Shown here piece by piece: positions 27,014 to 35,920 of a DNA stretch of 64,000 nucleotides. Each line of letters starts with the position of its first letter. Position 1 is the stretch's first letter. The translations under genes and the position numbers were made by a program. Origin of the DNA: an uncultured Acidobacteriota bacterium (GTDB lineage Bacteria > Acidobacteriota > Vicinamibacteria > Vicinamibacterales > JAFNAJ01); contig CAVONI010000003.1 in NCBI GenBank assembly GCA_963697285.1, forward strand, positions 99,693 to 163,692, written 5' to 3'. The notes under the pieces are model-generated. The model worked only from the letters and a program-made list of their open reading frames with translations. It ran no database searches and was not told where the DNA came from.

Positions 27014-28654
27014 CTACCTCCCGGTCGGGCGCGGGCCACCACCGCCGGGGCCGCCGCCGGGGCCGCGGCCCGGTGCGATGAGCGGCGATCGGCCGGCTGT
27101 GCTGCTCGAGGTTCCCTGAGTCGGCAGGATCACCGCAGACACCAGCTCGGCACCGGGCTCGAGGTCGCCCGCGATCAGCTCGGTGTAGGCGCCGTCGGAG
27201 ATCCCGAGCCGCACGCGGACCGGCTTGAGCTGCCCGGCGTCGTAGCGCCACACGCGTCCTGTGGTCTCGGTCACCGGCAGCGGTCCGAAGAGCGAGTCGA
27301 TGGTCTGCACCGTCGAGTCCCGTGCAGGTGCACGTGCCGCCTCTCCCGGTGACCGGCCCGATGCGCCAGCGCGGTTCCGTCGCTCGGCCTGCAGTCCAGG
27401 TCGTGCGTCAGCTGACGCGTCGGGGCTGCCGCCATCCGACGCGGCGTCGCTGCGCGGGCGCCTCCGCCCCCCGCCTTGGCCCTCGGCCGCTGCTCCACGT
27501 CGTGCCGCGGGGGGCGCGGACGCCTGCGGGGACGGCGCGCCAGACCGGGCCGATGCCGGCGCGGGCTCAGCGGCGACCGATGGCGTTCCGTTCGCCATCG
27601 CGGGGGTGCCGCGGGTGCCACCGGCACCCCCGGCACGCTGCGGCGCACCACCCTGCAACTCGGGCGGCACCGGCTGGTTCAGCGCCGCGAAGATCTCGGC
27701 CGACGGCCGGAAGCGCAATGCCGCGACGGGGATGCGAATCGCATCGGCCTTGCGCGCGATCTCGAGGCTCACCGTCGCGGTCATGCCGGGCTTCAGCTTC
27801 AGCTGCCGGTTCGGCACGTCGATCACCGTCGCGTAGGTGACGACGTTCTGCGACACCTTCGGCTGAAGGCGTATCAGCGCGACCGTTCCCGAGAACTCCT
27901 CGTTGGGGTAGGCGTCCACGCGGAAGCGCACCACCTGCCCCGGCCGGATGCGTCCCACGTCGGACTCGTCCACGTCGGCCACCACGCGCATCTTCGTGAG
28001 GTCGGCGGCGATCACGAACAGCGTCGGCGCCTGCATGCTGGCGGCAACCGTCTGGCCGACGTCCACGTTACGCGAGATGACGATGCCGTCGATCGGGGCC
28101 TCGATGACCGTGTGCTGGAGGTTCACGGTGCTCTGGTTGAGCGAGGCCTGGGCCTGCACCACCTGCGCCTGCGCAGAGCGCAGTTGTGCCTGCGCGGAGC
28201 TGACGGTGGCCTCGGCCGTCTCGAGCTCGATGGCGGGGATCAGGCCCCTCGTGGCGAGGTTCTTCGCGCGCGCCAGCTTGCTCTGCGCGTCGTCGAGTGC
28301 CACGCGCTGCCGTTCCACGTCGGCTTGCGCGCGGACCAGGTTGGCGCGCCCCTGGGCCGTCTGCGTCTCGAACAGCGAGGGATCGAGCCTGGCGATGACC
28401 TGGCCCTTGCGCACGATCGAATTGAAGTCGGCCGAGAGCGACTGGATCGTCCCCGAGACCTGCGTGCCGACCTGCACGGTGGTCAGGGCCTCGATGGTGC
28501 CGGTCGCGCCCACGACCTCGGCGATGTCGCCGCGGCTCACCGGGAGCGTCGTCAGCTCGGGCTGAGCTGTCTTGCGGCCGTAACGATAGTAGGCGCCGAC
28601 GCCGGCGGCTGCCGCCGCGACGACAAGGAGGACGACGAGCAGACCCTTCTTCAT
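27014..28654 (-). CDS. efflux periplasmic adaptor (MacA/HlyD family) with a long low-complexity insert
   Basis: Start MKKGLLVVLLVV at 28654. Coiled-coil hairpin (ANLVRAQADVERQRVALDDAQSKL...), barrel-sandwich and beta-barrel segments. A/G/P/R/S-rich insert roughly 27320-27660 and a Gly/Pro tail. Confidence 0.85.
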   Translation of the reverse strand: MKKGLLVVLLVVAAAAAGVGAYYRYGRKTAQPELTTLPVSRGDIAEVVGATGTIEALTTVQVGTQVSGTIQSLSADFNSIVRKGQVIARLDPSLFETQTAQGRANLVRAQADVERQRVALDDAQSKLARAKNLATRGLIPAIELETAEATVSSAQAQLRSAQAQVVQAQASLNQSTVNLQHTVIEAPIDGIVISRNVDVGQTVAASMQAPTLFVIAADLTKMRVVADVDESDVGRIRPGQVVRFRVDAYPNEEFSGTVALIRLQPKVSQNVVTYATVIDVPNRQLKLKPGMTATVSLEIARKADAIRIPVAALRFRPSAEIFAALNQPVPPELQGGAPQRAGGAGGTRGTPAMANGTPSVAAEPAPASARSGAPSPQASAPPAARRGAAAEGQGGGRRRPRSDAASDGGSPDASADARPGLQAERRNRAGASGRSPGEAARAPARDSTVQTIDSLFGPLPVTETTGRVWRYDAGQLKPVRVRLGISDGAYTELIAGDLEPGAELVSAVILPTQGTSSSTAGRSPLIAPGRGPGGGPGGGGPRPTGR

Positions 28655-28885
28655 GAGCGCTGCGACTCCGGGCGCATCCTCCCGGGCACGAAGCGTCGAG
28701 TTCCCGGGCGGCTGGATCCAGCCTAGCACCCACGACGCGCTGATCCTGTTCAAAGATGTAAAAAGTGAAAGGCACGTGACCGGTTGGCAGAGCCTCAACG
28801 CCCGCGTTGCGGGGAATCAACGGCCAGCAGCGCGTCGAACCAGGCCATCGCCAGCGTCGCGTGCAGCCCGTGACGCCTGGCCAGG

Positions 28886-29800
28886 TTAGCTGCGACGGGC
28901 CAGCGGCCTCGTGAGACAGGTTGGACCCCCACCGCCCTTGAGGCTGATCTCCGACCCGTCGTACTCCATCACCTCGGCACCTGCGTGCTCGAGGCGAGCG
29001 CGCGTGACCGGATTGCCGGCAACCATGACGCAGCGCCGCGGCGCAATCGCGAGCACGTTGGCGCCCATCGTGTCGAACTCCTCGTCGGGCACCTCGACCA
29101 GTTCGATGCCCCGCGCGATCAGCAATTCGCGAAACGGGACCGGCATCAAGGGCGAGTACACCACCGCCAGGCCACGGTCCACCGGGCTGATGATCGACAT
29201 CAGGTGGAAGACATCCCCGGCGCCGCGCCAGTGGGGCAGCGGCACCACCAGCAACTCGTCGATGCCATCGGCGAGCAGCGCGCGCAGTTGCGCGATGCCG
29301 GCATCATTGGTGCGGTATCCGCGGCCGACGACGACGGTACGCGCGTCGAGCCACAGCACGTCTCCACCCTCCAGACGGCCGGGGGCTTCGATCGCGCCGA
29401 CGATCGGCACGCCCAGGTCGCGCAGCACGGCCGCCTGTGCGTCGGGCTCGCCGGCACGCTGCGGCTTGCCCATCCTGCAAAGGATGACACCCCGATCGCA
29501 CACGACCGCCGCGTCGCGCACGTAGATGGCGTCGAGTCCCACGCCCGGTGTCTCGGGCGCGTAGATCACGTCGGTGTCACCACCTCCGACGAGCGTCACG
29601 AAGTAGTCGTACTGTGCGACCGCGCGCGCGAAGTCGGGCGCGGCCGTGAAGTGGAGGTCGCGCCACTGTCGAGCGATGGCCTCTTCGCTCGCAAACGCCT
29701 CGCGCGGATGCTTCAGCAGCAGCCGCGACAGCCTCCCCGTTTCTGACTGCCCGGTCGTGTTCGTCATGATGTGCTCGACGGACTCATCCTCGCCCGGCAT
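28886..29800 (-). CDS. amidinotransferase-superfamily enzyme, dimethylarginine dimethylaminohydrolase (DDAH)/arginine-deiminase-like
   Basis: Pentein-fold-like sequence ending in the catalytic-Cys motif GGGGPTCLTRPL. The alternative start MTNTTG at 29767 would remove the 17-nt overlap with the antiporter gene. Confidence 0.75.
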   Translation of the reverse strand: MPGEDESVEHIMTNTTGQSETGRLSRLLLKHPREAFASEEAIARQWRDLHFTAAPDFARAVAQYDYFVTLVGGGDTDVIYAPETPGVGLDAIYVRDAAVVCDRGVILCRMGKPQRAGEPDAQAAVLRDLGVPIVGAIEAPGRLEGGDVLWLDARTVVVGRGYRTNDAGIAQLRALLADGIDELLVVPLPHWRGAGDVFHLMSIISPVDRGLAVVYSPLMPVPFRELLIARGIELVEVPDEEFDTMGANVLAIAPRRCVMVAGNPVTRARLEHAGAEVMEYDGSEISLKGGGGPTCLTRPLARRS

Positions 29801-31193
29801 CGATCTCGGCGCGCATCTGGTCGGGGTCGCCCGTTGGCGCGCCGAGTGCGCTCAGGCGATCGAAGGTGTCGGGGCCAGGCGTGGCCACGGTCCTGTGCCG
29901 CACCACCCAGACGTAGACGGGCAACCCGCAGAGCAGGAGCAGGAAGCCCCAGTAGACCACGTCGGCACCCGCGCCGCCGATGGCCCACATCGAGTAACCG
30001 AACGCGACGAGCGCGACGAGCGTCGTCTGCAGCGAACCGTGCAGTTGCCTGGCACCGCCCTGCCGCTCAATCAGGAAGCCGGCCAGCGTCGAGAAGACGT
30101 ACGGCACGAGGGTGCTGAGCGTCGAGAGGAGGATCACGAACGTGAAGAGACCCACGAGGTCTCTCGTGTAGTTCGAGGCGATCAGGAGGGTCGTCAGCAC
30201 GCTCGACAGGATGAGCCCGAAGGCCGGCGTCCCACGCGGGCTGAGCCTCGCGAACGCACGGGGAAACAGTCGGTCGTTCGCGACCGCCAGGGGTACCTGT
30301 CCGGTGAGCAGGATCCAGCCGTTGAGCGCGCCGAAGCACGAGATGGCCGCGCCAATCGCCACGAACCCGGCGGCGCGGTCGCCGAGCAGCACGCGCGCGG
30401 CGTCGGCAAACGGCGCCGTCGAGTGCGCGAGAGTCGACGGGTCGATGATGCTCATCACGCCGACGGTGCTGACGATGTAGATGGCCGCGGCGAGCAGTGT
30501 GCCGATGATCGTCGCGCGAGGGATCGTGCGGTCCGGGTTGTCGATGCTTCCCGATGGCACCGTCGCCGACTCGAGGCCGAGGAACGCCCACAGCGTCAGC
30601 GTCGCCACCGCCGACAGCCCGCCTCCGAACGCGCCGGGCGTTGTCTGCGTGATGGTGAAGTGCGACGCGTCGAACACGAAGAGGCCGCCGATGCCGACGA
30701 GCGCCAGCGGCAGGATCTTCACCGCCGTCGTCACGACCTGCACGTGGCCCGCCGCCCGCACGCCCCACACGTTCACGGCGGTGAGCACCCACAGCGCGCC
30801 CACCGCCATCGTTGCGGCGGCGGTCGGATTGCGGACCAGCGCAGGAAAGAACGGGTCGAGGTAGCCGACGAACGCCACCGCCAGCGCCGCGCAGCTCGTC
30901 CAGACGGCGATCCAGTAGCCCCAGCCGACCAGGAACCCTGCGAAGTCACCGAAGCCGCGTCGCGTGAACGCATACGGTCCGCCGGCGGCAGGATCGAACC
31001 GCGCGAGCCGTGCGAAGACGAGCGCGAGGCAGACGGCGCCCGTCGCCGACACGACCCATCCCAGCAGGCTCAGGCCACCGAAGCCCGCGAGCGAGGCCGG
31101 CAACAGGAAGACGCCCGATCCGATCATGTTGCCCATGACCAGCGACACGGCCATCCAGAACCCGATGCGACGCACAGGCGGAGTTGTCGGCAC
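29784..31193 (-). CDS. APC-superfamily basic amino acid/polyamine antiporter
   Basis: RRIGFWMAVSLVMGNMIGSGVFLLPASLA is typical of the APA family (ArcD/PotE/CadB-like). About 12 TM segments. Confidence 0.85.
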   Translation of the reverse strand: MPTTPPVRRIGFWMAVSLVMGNMIGSGVFLLPASLAGFGGLSLLGWVVSATGAVCLALVFARLARFDPAAGGPYAFTRRGFGDFAGFLVGWGYWIAVWTSCAALAVAFVGYLDPFFPALVRNPTAAATMAVGALWVLTAVNVWGVRAAGHVQVVTTAVKILPLALVGIGGLFVFDASHFTITQTTPGAFGGGLSAVATLTLWAFLGLESATVPSGSIDNPDRTIPRATIIGTLLAAAIYIVSTVGVMSIIDPSTLAHSTAPFADAARVLLGDRAAGFVAIGAAISCFGALNGWILLTGQVPLAVANDRLFPRAFARLSPRGTPAFGLILSSVLTTLLIASNYTRDLVGLFTFVILLSTLSTLVPYVFSTLAGFLIERQGGARQLHGSLQTTLVALVAFGYSMWAIGGAGADVVYWGFLLLLCGLPVYVWVVRHRTVATPGPDTFDRLSALGAPTGDPDQMRAEIDAGRG

Positions 31194-31245
31194 CGCGGGA
31201 GTCTACTGCATGGGCCGTGTCACCACGCGGCGGCGCCGCTCCGCT

Positions 31246-31891
31246 CTACTGGAACCTGCGGCGCAGCGCTCCCACCAGGCCGAGCGACAGCAGGACGAGC
31301 GAGGCCGGCTCTGGAACCGCGCCAGCCCTGAGCCCTGTGTCGGGCGTGTCTTCATAGGCGGCGTCGAACACCGTGATGATGTTGGAGGTCTCCTCCACGA
31401 AGACGCGCGCCCACCCGTAATGCGTGTCGGCGCCGAGCAGGAACCTGAACCCGACGAACGCCGTCGTGTCGTTGTCCCAGAGCCCCTCCTCGAAAAACGT
31501 CACCGGCGGCGTTCCGGAGAAGTGGTCCTCTGCGAGCGTTCCACCAGACCCGAACTGAGACGCACCGGGGCCGATGAACGCGCCCGCGCCGAGTGGCGTC
31601 GGGCCGGTGAACCCGGCGACCGTGGAGCCGAGTACCGGCGCCCCCGGATCCTGCCGTGACCGACGCGTTACTGCGACAGTTCCCCACACACCCGAGGTCG
31701 TGAAAGAAGAACAGCTCCGGGAAGCCGTCGCCGTCGAAGTCCAGCCGGAAATTCCACTGGTTGACGACGCGATCGGGGACGATGTCCACGTGGATCACGG
31801 CTGCACCGGCAGGCGCAGCGATCACCCCGAACGACAAGACCAGGAGGGCACGAGCAGCAAGTGCCCGAACCCGGTTCACGAGGGTGTCCAT
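31246..31891 (-). pseudogene. PEP-CTERM-anchored secreted protein, frame broken by one extra base (31636-31690)
   Basis: The signal peptide and N-terminus (MDTLVNRVRALAARALLVLSFGVIAAPAGA...) are in one frame. The C-terminus with VPEPASLVLLSLGLVGALRRRFQ (PEP-CTERM sorting signal) is in the +1 frame. Both frames are open across the overlap. Confidence 0.6.
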
Positions 31892-32181
31892 TCACTGTCC
31901 TCTCTCGATCGGCACCGACACGTGACGAGACCGCCCGCCACGTGCCCTGTGCATTTGCATGGTGGGAGGACGCATCTCGTCCCCGCCCACGAAGCGCAAA
32001 GCAACACTCAGAAGCTGAGTCGTTGAGCAATTCACGCGCCACAAGTCATCAACGCAGCTCCCGCCGCCAGAACGCTGCCAGGTGTGTCCAGGCCTTCGGC
32101 AAGTCAACCAACGGGACTTTCGAAGTCCTCGCAGTGGGCGACATCGCGATCGCCTGGACGATGTGTGCCGATTCGGTTGAC

Positions 32182-33075
32182 TCAGCGGGACCGTGCCTGT
32201 TGCATGAACGCGCGCAGGGCACGGATGTGCGCCGGGGTCGTACCGCAACACCCGCCGATGATCTGCACGCCCGCCGCTATCAGGTCGGGCGCGCTGGTTA
32301 CCACGTCCTCGGGTGTCTCGGGATACACCGCCACGCCGTGGCTGCTCACGGGCAGACCGGCGTTGGCCTGGATCGCGATGGGCACCTCGGTGTGACGCCT
32401 GAACTCGCGGGCAATCTCGACCATCGTGCCGATGCCCACGCCACAGTTCGACCCGACGATGTCGGCGCCCGCCGCGTGCAGGCCACGGGCGGCGCCGGCG
32501 ATCGAGACGCCCATGACCGTGAAGAACCCGCGGCGCGTCTGCTCGAACGTCATCGTGGCCATGATCGGCACATGCGGCGCCACGTTCCGGATCGCGGTCA
32601 CCGCCAGCACGGCCTCGTCGAGGTCGCTCATGGTCTCGACGCAGAACAGGTCGACGCCCGCGCTCGCCAGCGCAGCCGCCTGCCGCTCGAAGGCCTCGGA
32701 CATGCGCGCCGGGTCGGTGTCGCCAAACGGGCGCAGCAATCGTCCGGTCGGCCCCATCGATGCCGAGATGTAGGCATCATCGCCAACGGCGCGTCGCGCA
32801 GCGGCAACGGCCATCGCGTTGATGTCTTCGGTGCGGTCGGCGAGCGCGAACGACTCGAGCTTCAGGGGGGAGCCGCCGAAGGTGTTGGTGGTGATGATCT
32901 CGGCGCCCGCCTCGAGATACAGCGACGCGATTTCTTCGATCACCCCTGGCTTGTCGAGGTTGAACCGTTCAGGCGGTTCGCCGGCCGCGAGGCCACGCTC
33001 CATCAGCAGCGTGCCCCAGGCGCCGTCGCCGAGGATCACATCCCCGCGCGTCAGTCGTTCGCGGATGCCGTCCAT
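32182..33075 (-). CDS. homocysteine S-methyltransferase-domain protein (MetH N-terminal module-like)
   Basis: VILGDGAWGTLLMERGL..., ITTNTFGGS, GSNCGVG and the Zn-ligand motif IIGGCCGTTPAHIRAL, all characteristic of the Hcy-binding (S-methyl_trans) module. Confidence 0.8.
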   Translation of the reverse strand: MDGIRERLTRGDVILGDGAWGTLLMERGLAAGEPPERFNLDKPGVIEEIASLYLEAGAEIITTNTFGGSPLKLESFALADRTEDINAMAVAAARRAVGDDAYISASMGPTGRLLRPFGDTDPARMSEAFERQAAALASAGVDLFCVETMSDLDEAVLAVTAIRNVAPHVPIMATMTFEQTRRGFFTVMGVSIAGAARGLHAAGADIVGSNCGVGIGTMVEIAREFRRHTEVPIAIQANAGLPVSSHGVAVYPETPEDVVTSAPDLIAAGVQIIGGCCGTTPAHIRALRAFMQQARSR

Positions 33076-33081
33076 CGCGCG

Positions 33082-33714
33082 CTATCCCATCAGGGCACGC
33101 GCGCGTTCCACGGCGCTGGCGGCGTCGTAGGCGTACGCGTCGGCGCCGATCTCCCTCGCGTAGTCGGCCGACACGGGCGCGCCGCCCACCATGATCTTGA
33201 TCGACGACCGCAGGCCCCGGGCCGCCACGAGATCCACGACGTCCTTCATCACGGGCATCGTCGTCGTCAGCAGCGCCGACATGCCGATGATGGACGCGCG
33301 CTCGGCCACCGCAGCCTCGACGAACGCGTCGGCGTGCACGTCGGCACCGAGGTCGACCACCTCGAACCCGGCACCCTTCAGCATGATGCCGACGAGGTTC
33401 TTGCCGATGTCGTGCAGGTCGCCGCGCACCGAACCGATGACGACGGTGCCCTGCGTCGGGATGTTCTCCTTCAGCAGCAACGGCTTCACCAGGTCCATGC
33501 CCGCGTACATCGCCCGTGCGGCGAGGAGCACGTCGGGCAGGAAGATGTCACGCACGCGGAACTTCTCGCCGACGACGTTCATGCCGCCGATGAGGCCGAG
33601 GTTCAGGATGTCGGCGGCCGGCAGCCCGGCGTCGATGGCCTGGCGTGTCAGCGCGTGCACCCGTTCGTCGTCGCCCAGTTCGAGTTGTTCGGCTATCTGC
33701 GCCAGGATGTCCAT
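33082..33714 (-). CDS. corrinoid (cobalamin-binding) protein
   Basis: B12-binding cap helix region plus Rossmann domain with GDLHDIGKN (D-x-H-x-x-G), MSALLTTT (S-x-L) and MVGGA. The start MDILAQ at 33714 is preceded by GGGAGA. Confidence 0.85.
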   Translation of the reverse strand: MDILAQIAEQLELGDDERVHALTRQAIDAGLPAADILNLGLIGGMNVVGEKFRVRDIFLPDVLLAARAMYAGMDLVKPLLLKENIPTQGTVVIGSVRGDLHDIGKNLVGIMLKGAGFEVVDLGADVHADAFVEAAVAERASIIGMSALLTTTMPVMKDVVDLVAARGLRSSIKIMVGGAPVSADYAREIGADAYAYDAASAVERARALMG

Positions 33715-33773
33715 CGGATCTCCCACATCGTTCACGCGCGCGCCAGCATCGGCACGCTGCAGTTTCGCACCGC

Positions 33774-34466
33774 CTACTGCACCGATCGCATGCGCGGCAC
33801 GCATTGCCGCGTTGCGCACACCGCGCAACACGAGAACTCCGGACGGAACCGGTGAATCGCGGCAGCGCCCGCGACGAGCACACCCGACACCGACTTGAGC
33901 GGCTGCATCAGGAAGCTGTCGTTGAGCGTGACGCCGATCTCACCCGGCCGCAGCCGCTCGAACAGCTTGCGCTGCGCGCTGATGTGCCAGCCGCAGTAGC
34001 CCGGGCTGTAGCCCAGCACGCGTGTCGACGCACTCGACACGCGCTCGCCGTAGCGGTCGGCGAGGCGTTCGGTCAGCAGGTCGGCCGCGACCGACGCGAC
34101 CGCGTCGAGCACGAACCCGCTGGCCATGTCGCGCAACGCAAACAGTTCCGAGATCCTCGCGCTGACTCCCGCACCAAGCGTGGCCACGAAGAGGGCCAGC
34201 GCATCGGCACGGGGATAGATCTGCTCGAGCGGCGTCTCGTGCGTGTTCCGGCCATCGCCGGCGTAGAGCACGGCGAACTCCTCGATCGACACGTCCTCGA
34301 CCAGGCCTCGTGGCTCTGCGAGACGCTCGAACTCGGCGGTGGCCGACGCGACCAGCGCGCCGGTGCGCGATGACACGTCGGGCGCCGACGACATCCCCAT
34401 GCGCTCGAGCACGCCCTCGCGCGGCGGCATCGCGTCACCGATCGGGAACTCGGCGCGCTCTCTCAT
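33774..34466 (-). CDS. MetH activation (AdoMet-binding reactivation) domain-like protein
   Basis: LGYSPGYCGWHISAQRKLFERLRPGEIGVTLNDSFLMQPLKSVSGVLV resembles the conserved PGY...LTES..M.P..SVSG core of the methionine synthase activation domain. Its start overlaps the MttB stop (ATGA). Confidence 0.65.
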   Translation of the reverse strand: MRERAEFPIGDAMPPREGVLERMGMSSAPDVSSRTGALVASATAEFERLAEPRGLVEDVSIEEFAVLYAGDGRNTHETPLEQIYPRADALALFVATLGAGVSARISELFALRDMASGFVLDAVASVAADLLTERLADRYGERVSSASTRVLGYSPGYCGWHISAQRKLFERLRPGEIGVTLNDSFLMQPLKSVSGVLVAGAAAIHRFRPEFSCCAVCATRQCVPRMRSVQ

Positions 34467-35920
34467 GCGTCGTGTGCCGGCAGCGCCTGCATCCCGTGCC
34501 GGCTGGCCTCGCGTGCCATCACCGAGGTCAGGTCGCGTCGCACGTCGTCAGACACGCGCGAGGGCGTGTAGCTCGCCACCAGGCGCGACACTTCGCGCGC
34601 GGCACGCTCGCGCAATGTCAGGCCACCCTCTTCGAGCCAGCGTGCCTGGTTGGCGCGGTCGATGACCGCACCGGGAAACGTGATCTCGCTGCGCAGGTGC
34701 CGGCGCGTGTGCTTCGCAATCAGCAGGTGCTTCTCGCGCAGCAGTTCCTCGAAGAGCGCCCTCGACGGGAAGTCGTCTTTCGGCTCGATGCCTCGCAGCA
34801 GCCGCGCAGTCATGCCGCAGATCTCGTTGTCGACGACGAGCTTCTCGAGGCTCTGGCAGCTCTCGAAGTCGAGCATGCCCGGCCCCGAGATGCTGTTGAT
34901 CCCCGACAGCGCGGCCAGCACGGCGCCGATCCCCGTCTCGAGACCTGCCTGCGCGTCGAGTTGCTTGGCATCGCTCAGCGAGATGTAACCCTGGGTGGGC
35001 ATGCCGAGCCACTTGCCGATCTCGCTGTTGGCGCAGTCGAGCATCATCGTCTCGATGGCGCCCATCGGCGTGGTCTCGTAGCGCACGTCGAAGATGGCCG
35101 GCGACCCGCCGTAGAGGATCGGGTGCCCCGGCCTGGTGAGCTGGCTGATGACGATGCCGCTCAGCGTCTCGGCGGTCTGCTGGACGAGGCTGCCGACCAG
35201 CGTCACGGGCGCCATGAACCCTGACAGTGGCATCGAGATGAACTCGACCGGGATGGACCAGCGCGCACAGTCGACCAGGTTCTGGCTGGTCACGTCGCTC
35301 CACTTGATCGGCGCGGTCGGACAGCACGAGAACACCGCGAGCGGTTTCTCGGCGAGTGCCTGCGCGGTGCCCCTCACGGCCAGCAGCAGATCCTTCATGA
35401 CCTCGAAGGCCTCGATGGTGAAGGCGCCCGTGACCACGGGCTTCTCGCCGTAGAGCAGGCTGAGATAGAGGCGGTAGCTGTCGGAGATGCGCGCGTGCAC
35501 GTCGGCGGGAATGAGCGCCGTGCTCTGCGACGCGATGTGTGGCAGACCGCTCACGAGTTTCGCGTACTTGACGTAGTCGGCGGTCGTCGGCTTCCGGTGC
35601 CTGCCGTCCTCGTCGAGGATGTGGATGGCCGCCGAGCCCGGTGTGAAGTAGACGTTGTTGCCGGCGAGGTCGTGCGTCTGGTTGCCGAGCACGTCGAACA
35701 GCCTGAACGAGTGCGCGACGGTGCCGAGGGCGCGATCGAGGATGTCGGGGGTCAGGCGGGCATGCCAGCCGGCGAGGTTCACGTCGGCGCCGTGGCCGGC
35801 CAGCAACTCGAGGACAGGTGCGTTGTGAATTTCAACACCCAGGGAGCACAGGATGTCGCGCGCCTCGCCGACGATGCGCTGGATCAGGGAGTCATCCAGC
35901 AGCCTCAAGCTCGGTCTCAT
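34463..35920 (-). CDS. MttB-superfamily methyltransferase, non-pyrrolysine member (quaternary amine:corrinoid methyltransferase-like)
   Basis: Uninterrupted 485-aa ORF. The N-terminus RLLDDSLIQRIVGEARDILCSLGVEIHN... and overall length match trimethylamine methyltransferase (MttB) family proteins, with no in-frame TAG. Confidence 0.85.
   Translation of the reverse strand: MRPSLRLLDDSLIQRIVGEARDILCSLGVEIHNAPVLELLAGHGADVNLAGWHARLTPDILDRALGTVAHSFRLFDVLGNQTHDLAGNNVYFTPGSAAIHILDEDGRHRKPTTADYVKYAKLVSGLPHIASQSTALIPADVHARISDSYRLYLSLLYGEKPVVTGAFTIEAFEVMKDLLLAVRGTAQALAEKPLAVFSCCPTAPIKWSDVTSQNLVDCARWSIPVEFISMPLSGFMAPVTLVGSLVQQTAETLSGIVISQLTRPGHPILYGGSPAIFDVRYETTPMGAIETMMLDCANSEIGKWLGMPTQGYISLSDAKQLDAQAGLETGIGAVLAALSGINSISGPGMLDFESCQSLEKLVVDNEICGMTARLLRGIEPKDDFPSRALFEELLREKHLLIAKHTRRHLRSEITFPGAVIDRANQARWLEEGGLTLRERAAREVSRLVASYTPSRVSDDVRRDLTSVMAREASRHGMQALPAHDA

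Noticed and set aside
34463-35920. Pyrrolysine (in-frame TAG) in the MttB-family gene.
   Set aside because: The ORF is continuous for 485 codons with no internal TAG, so it is a non-Pyl member.
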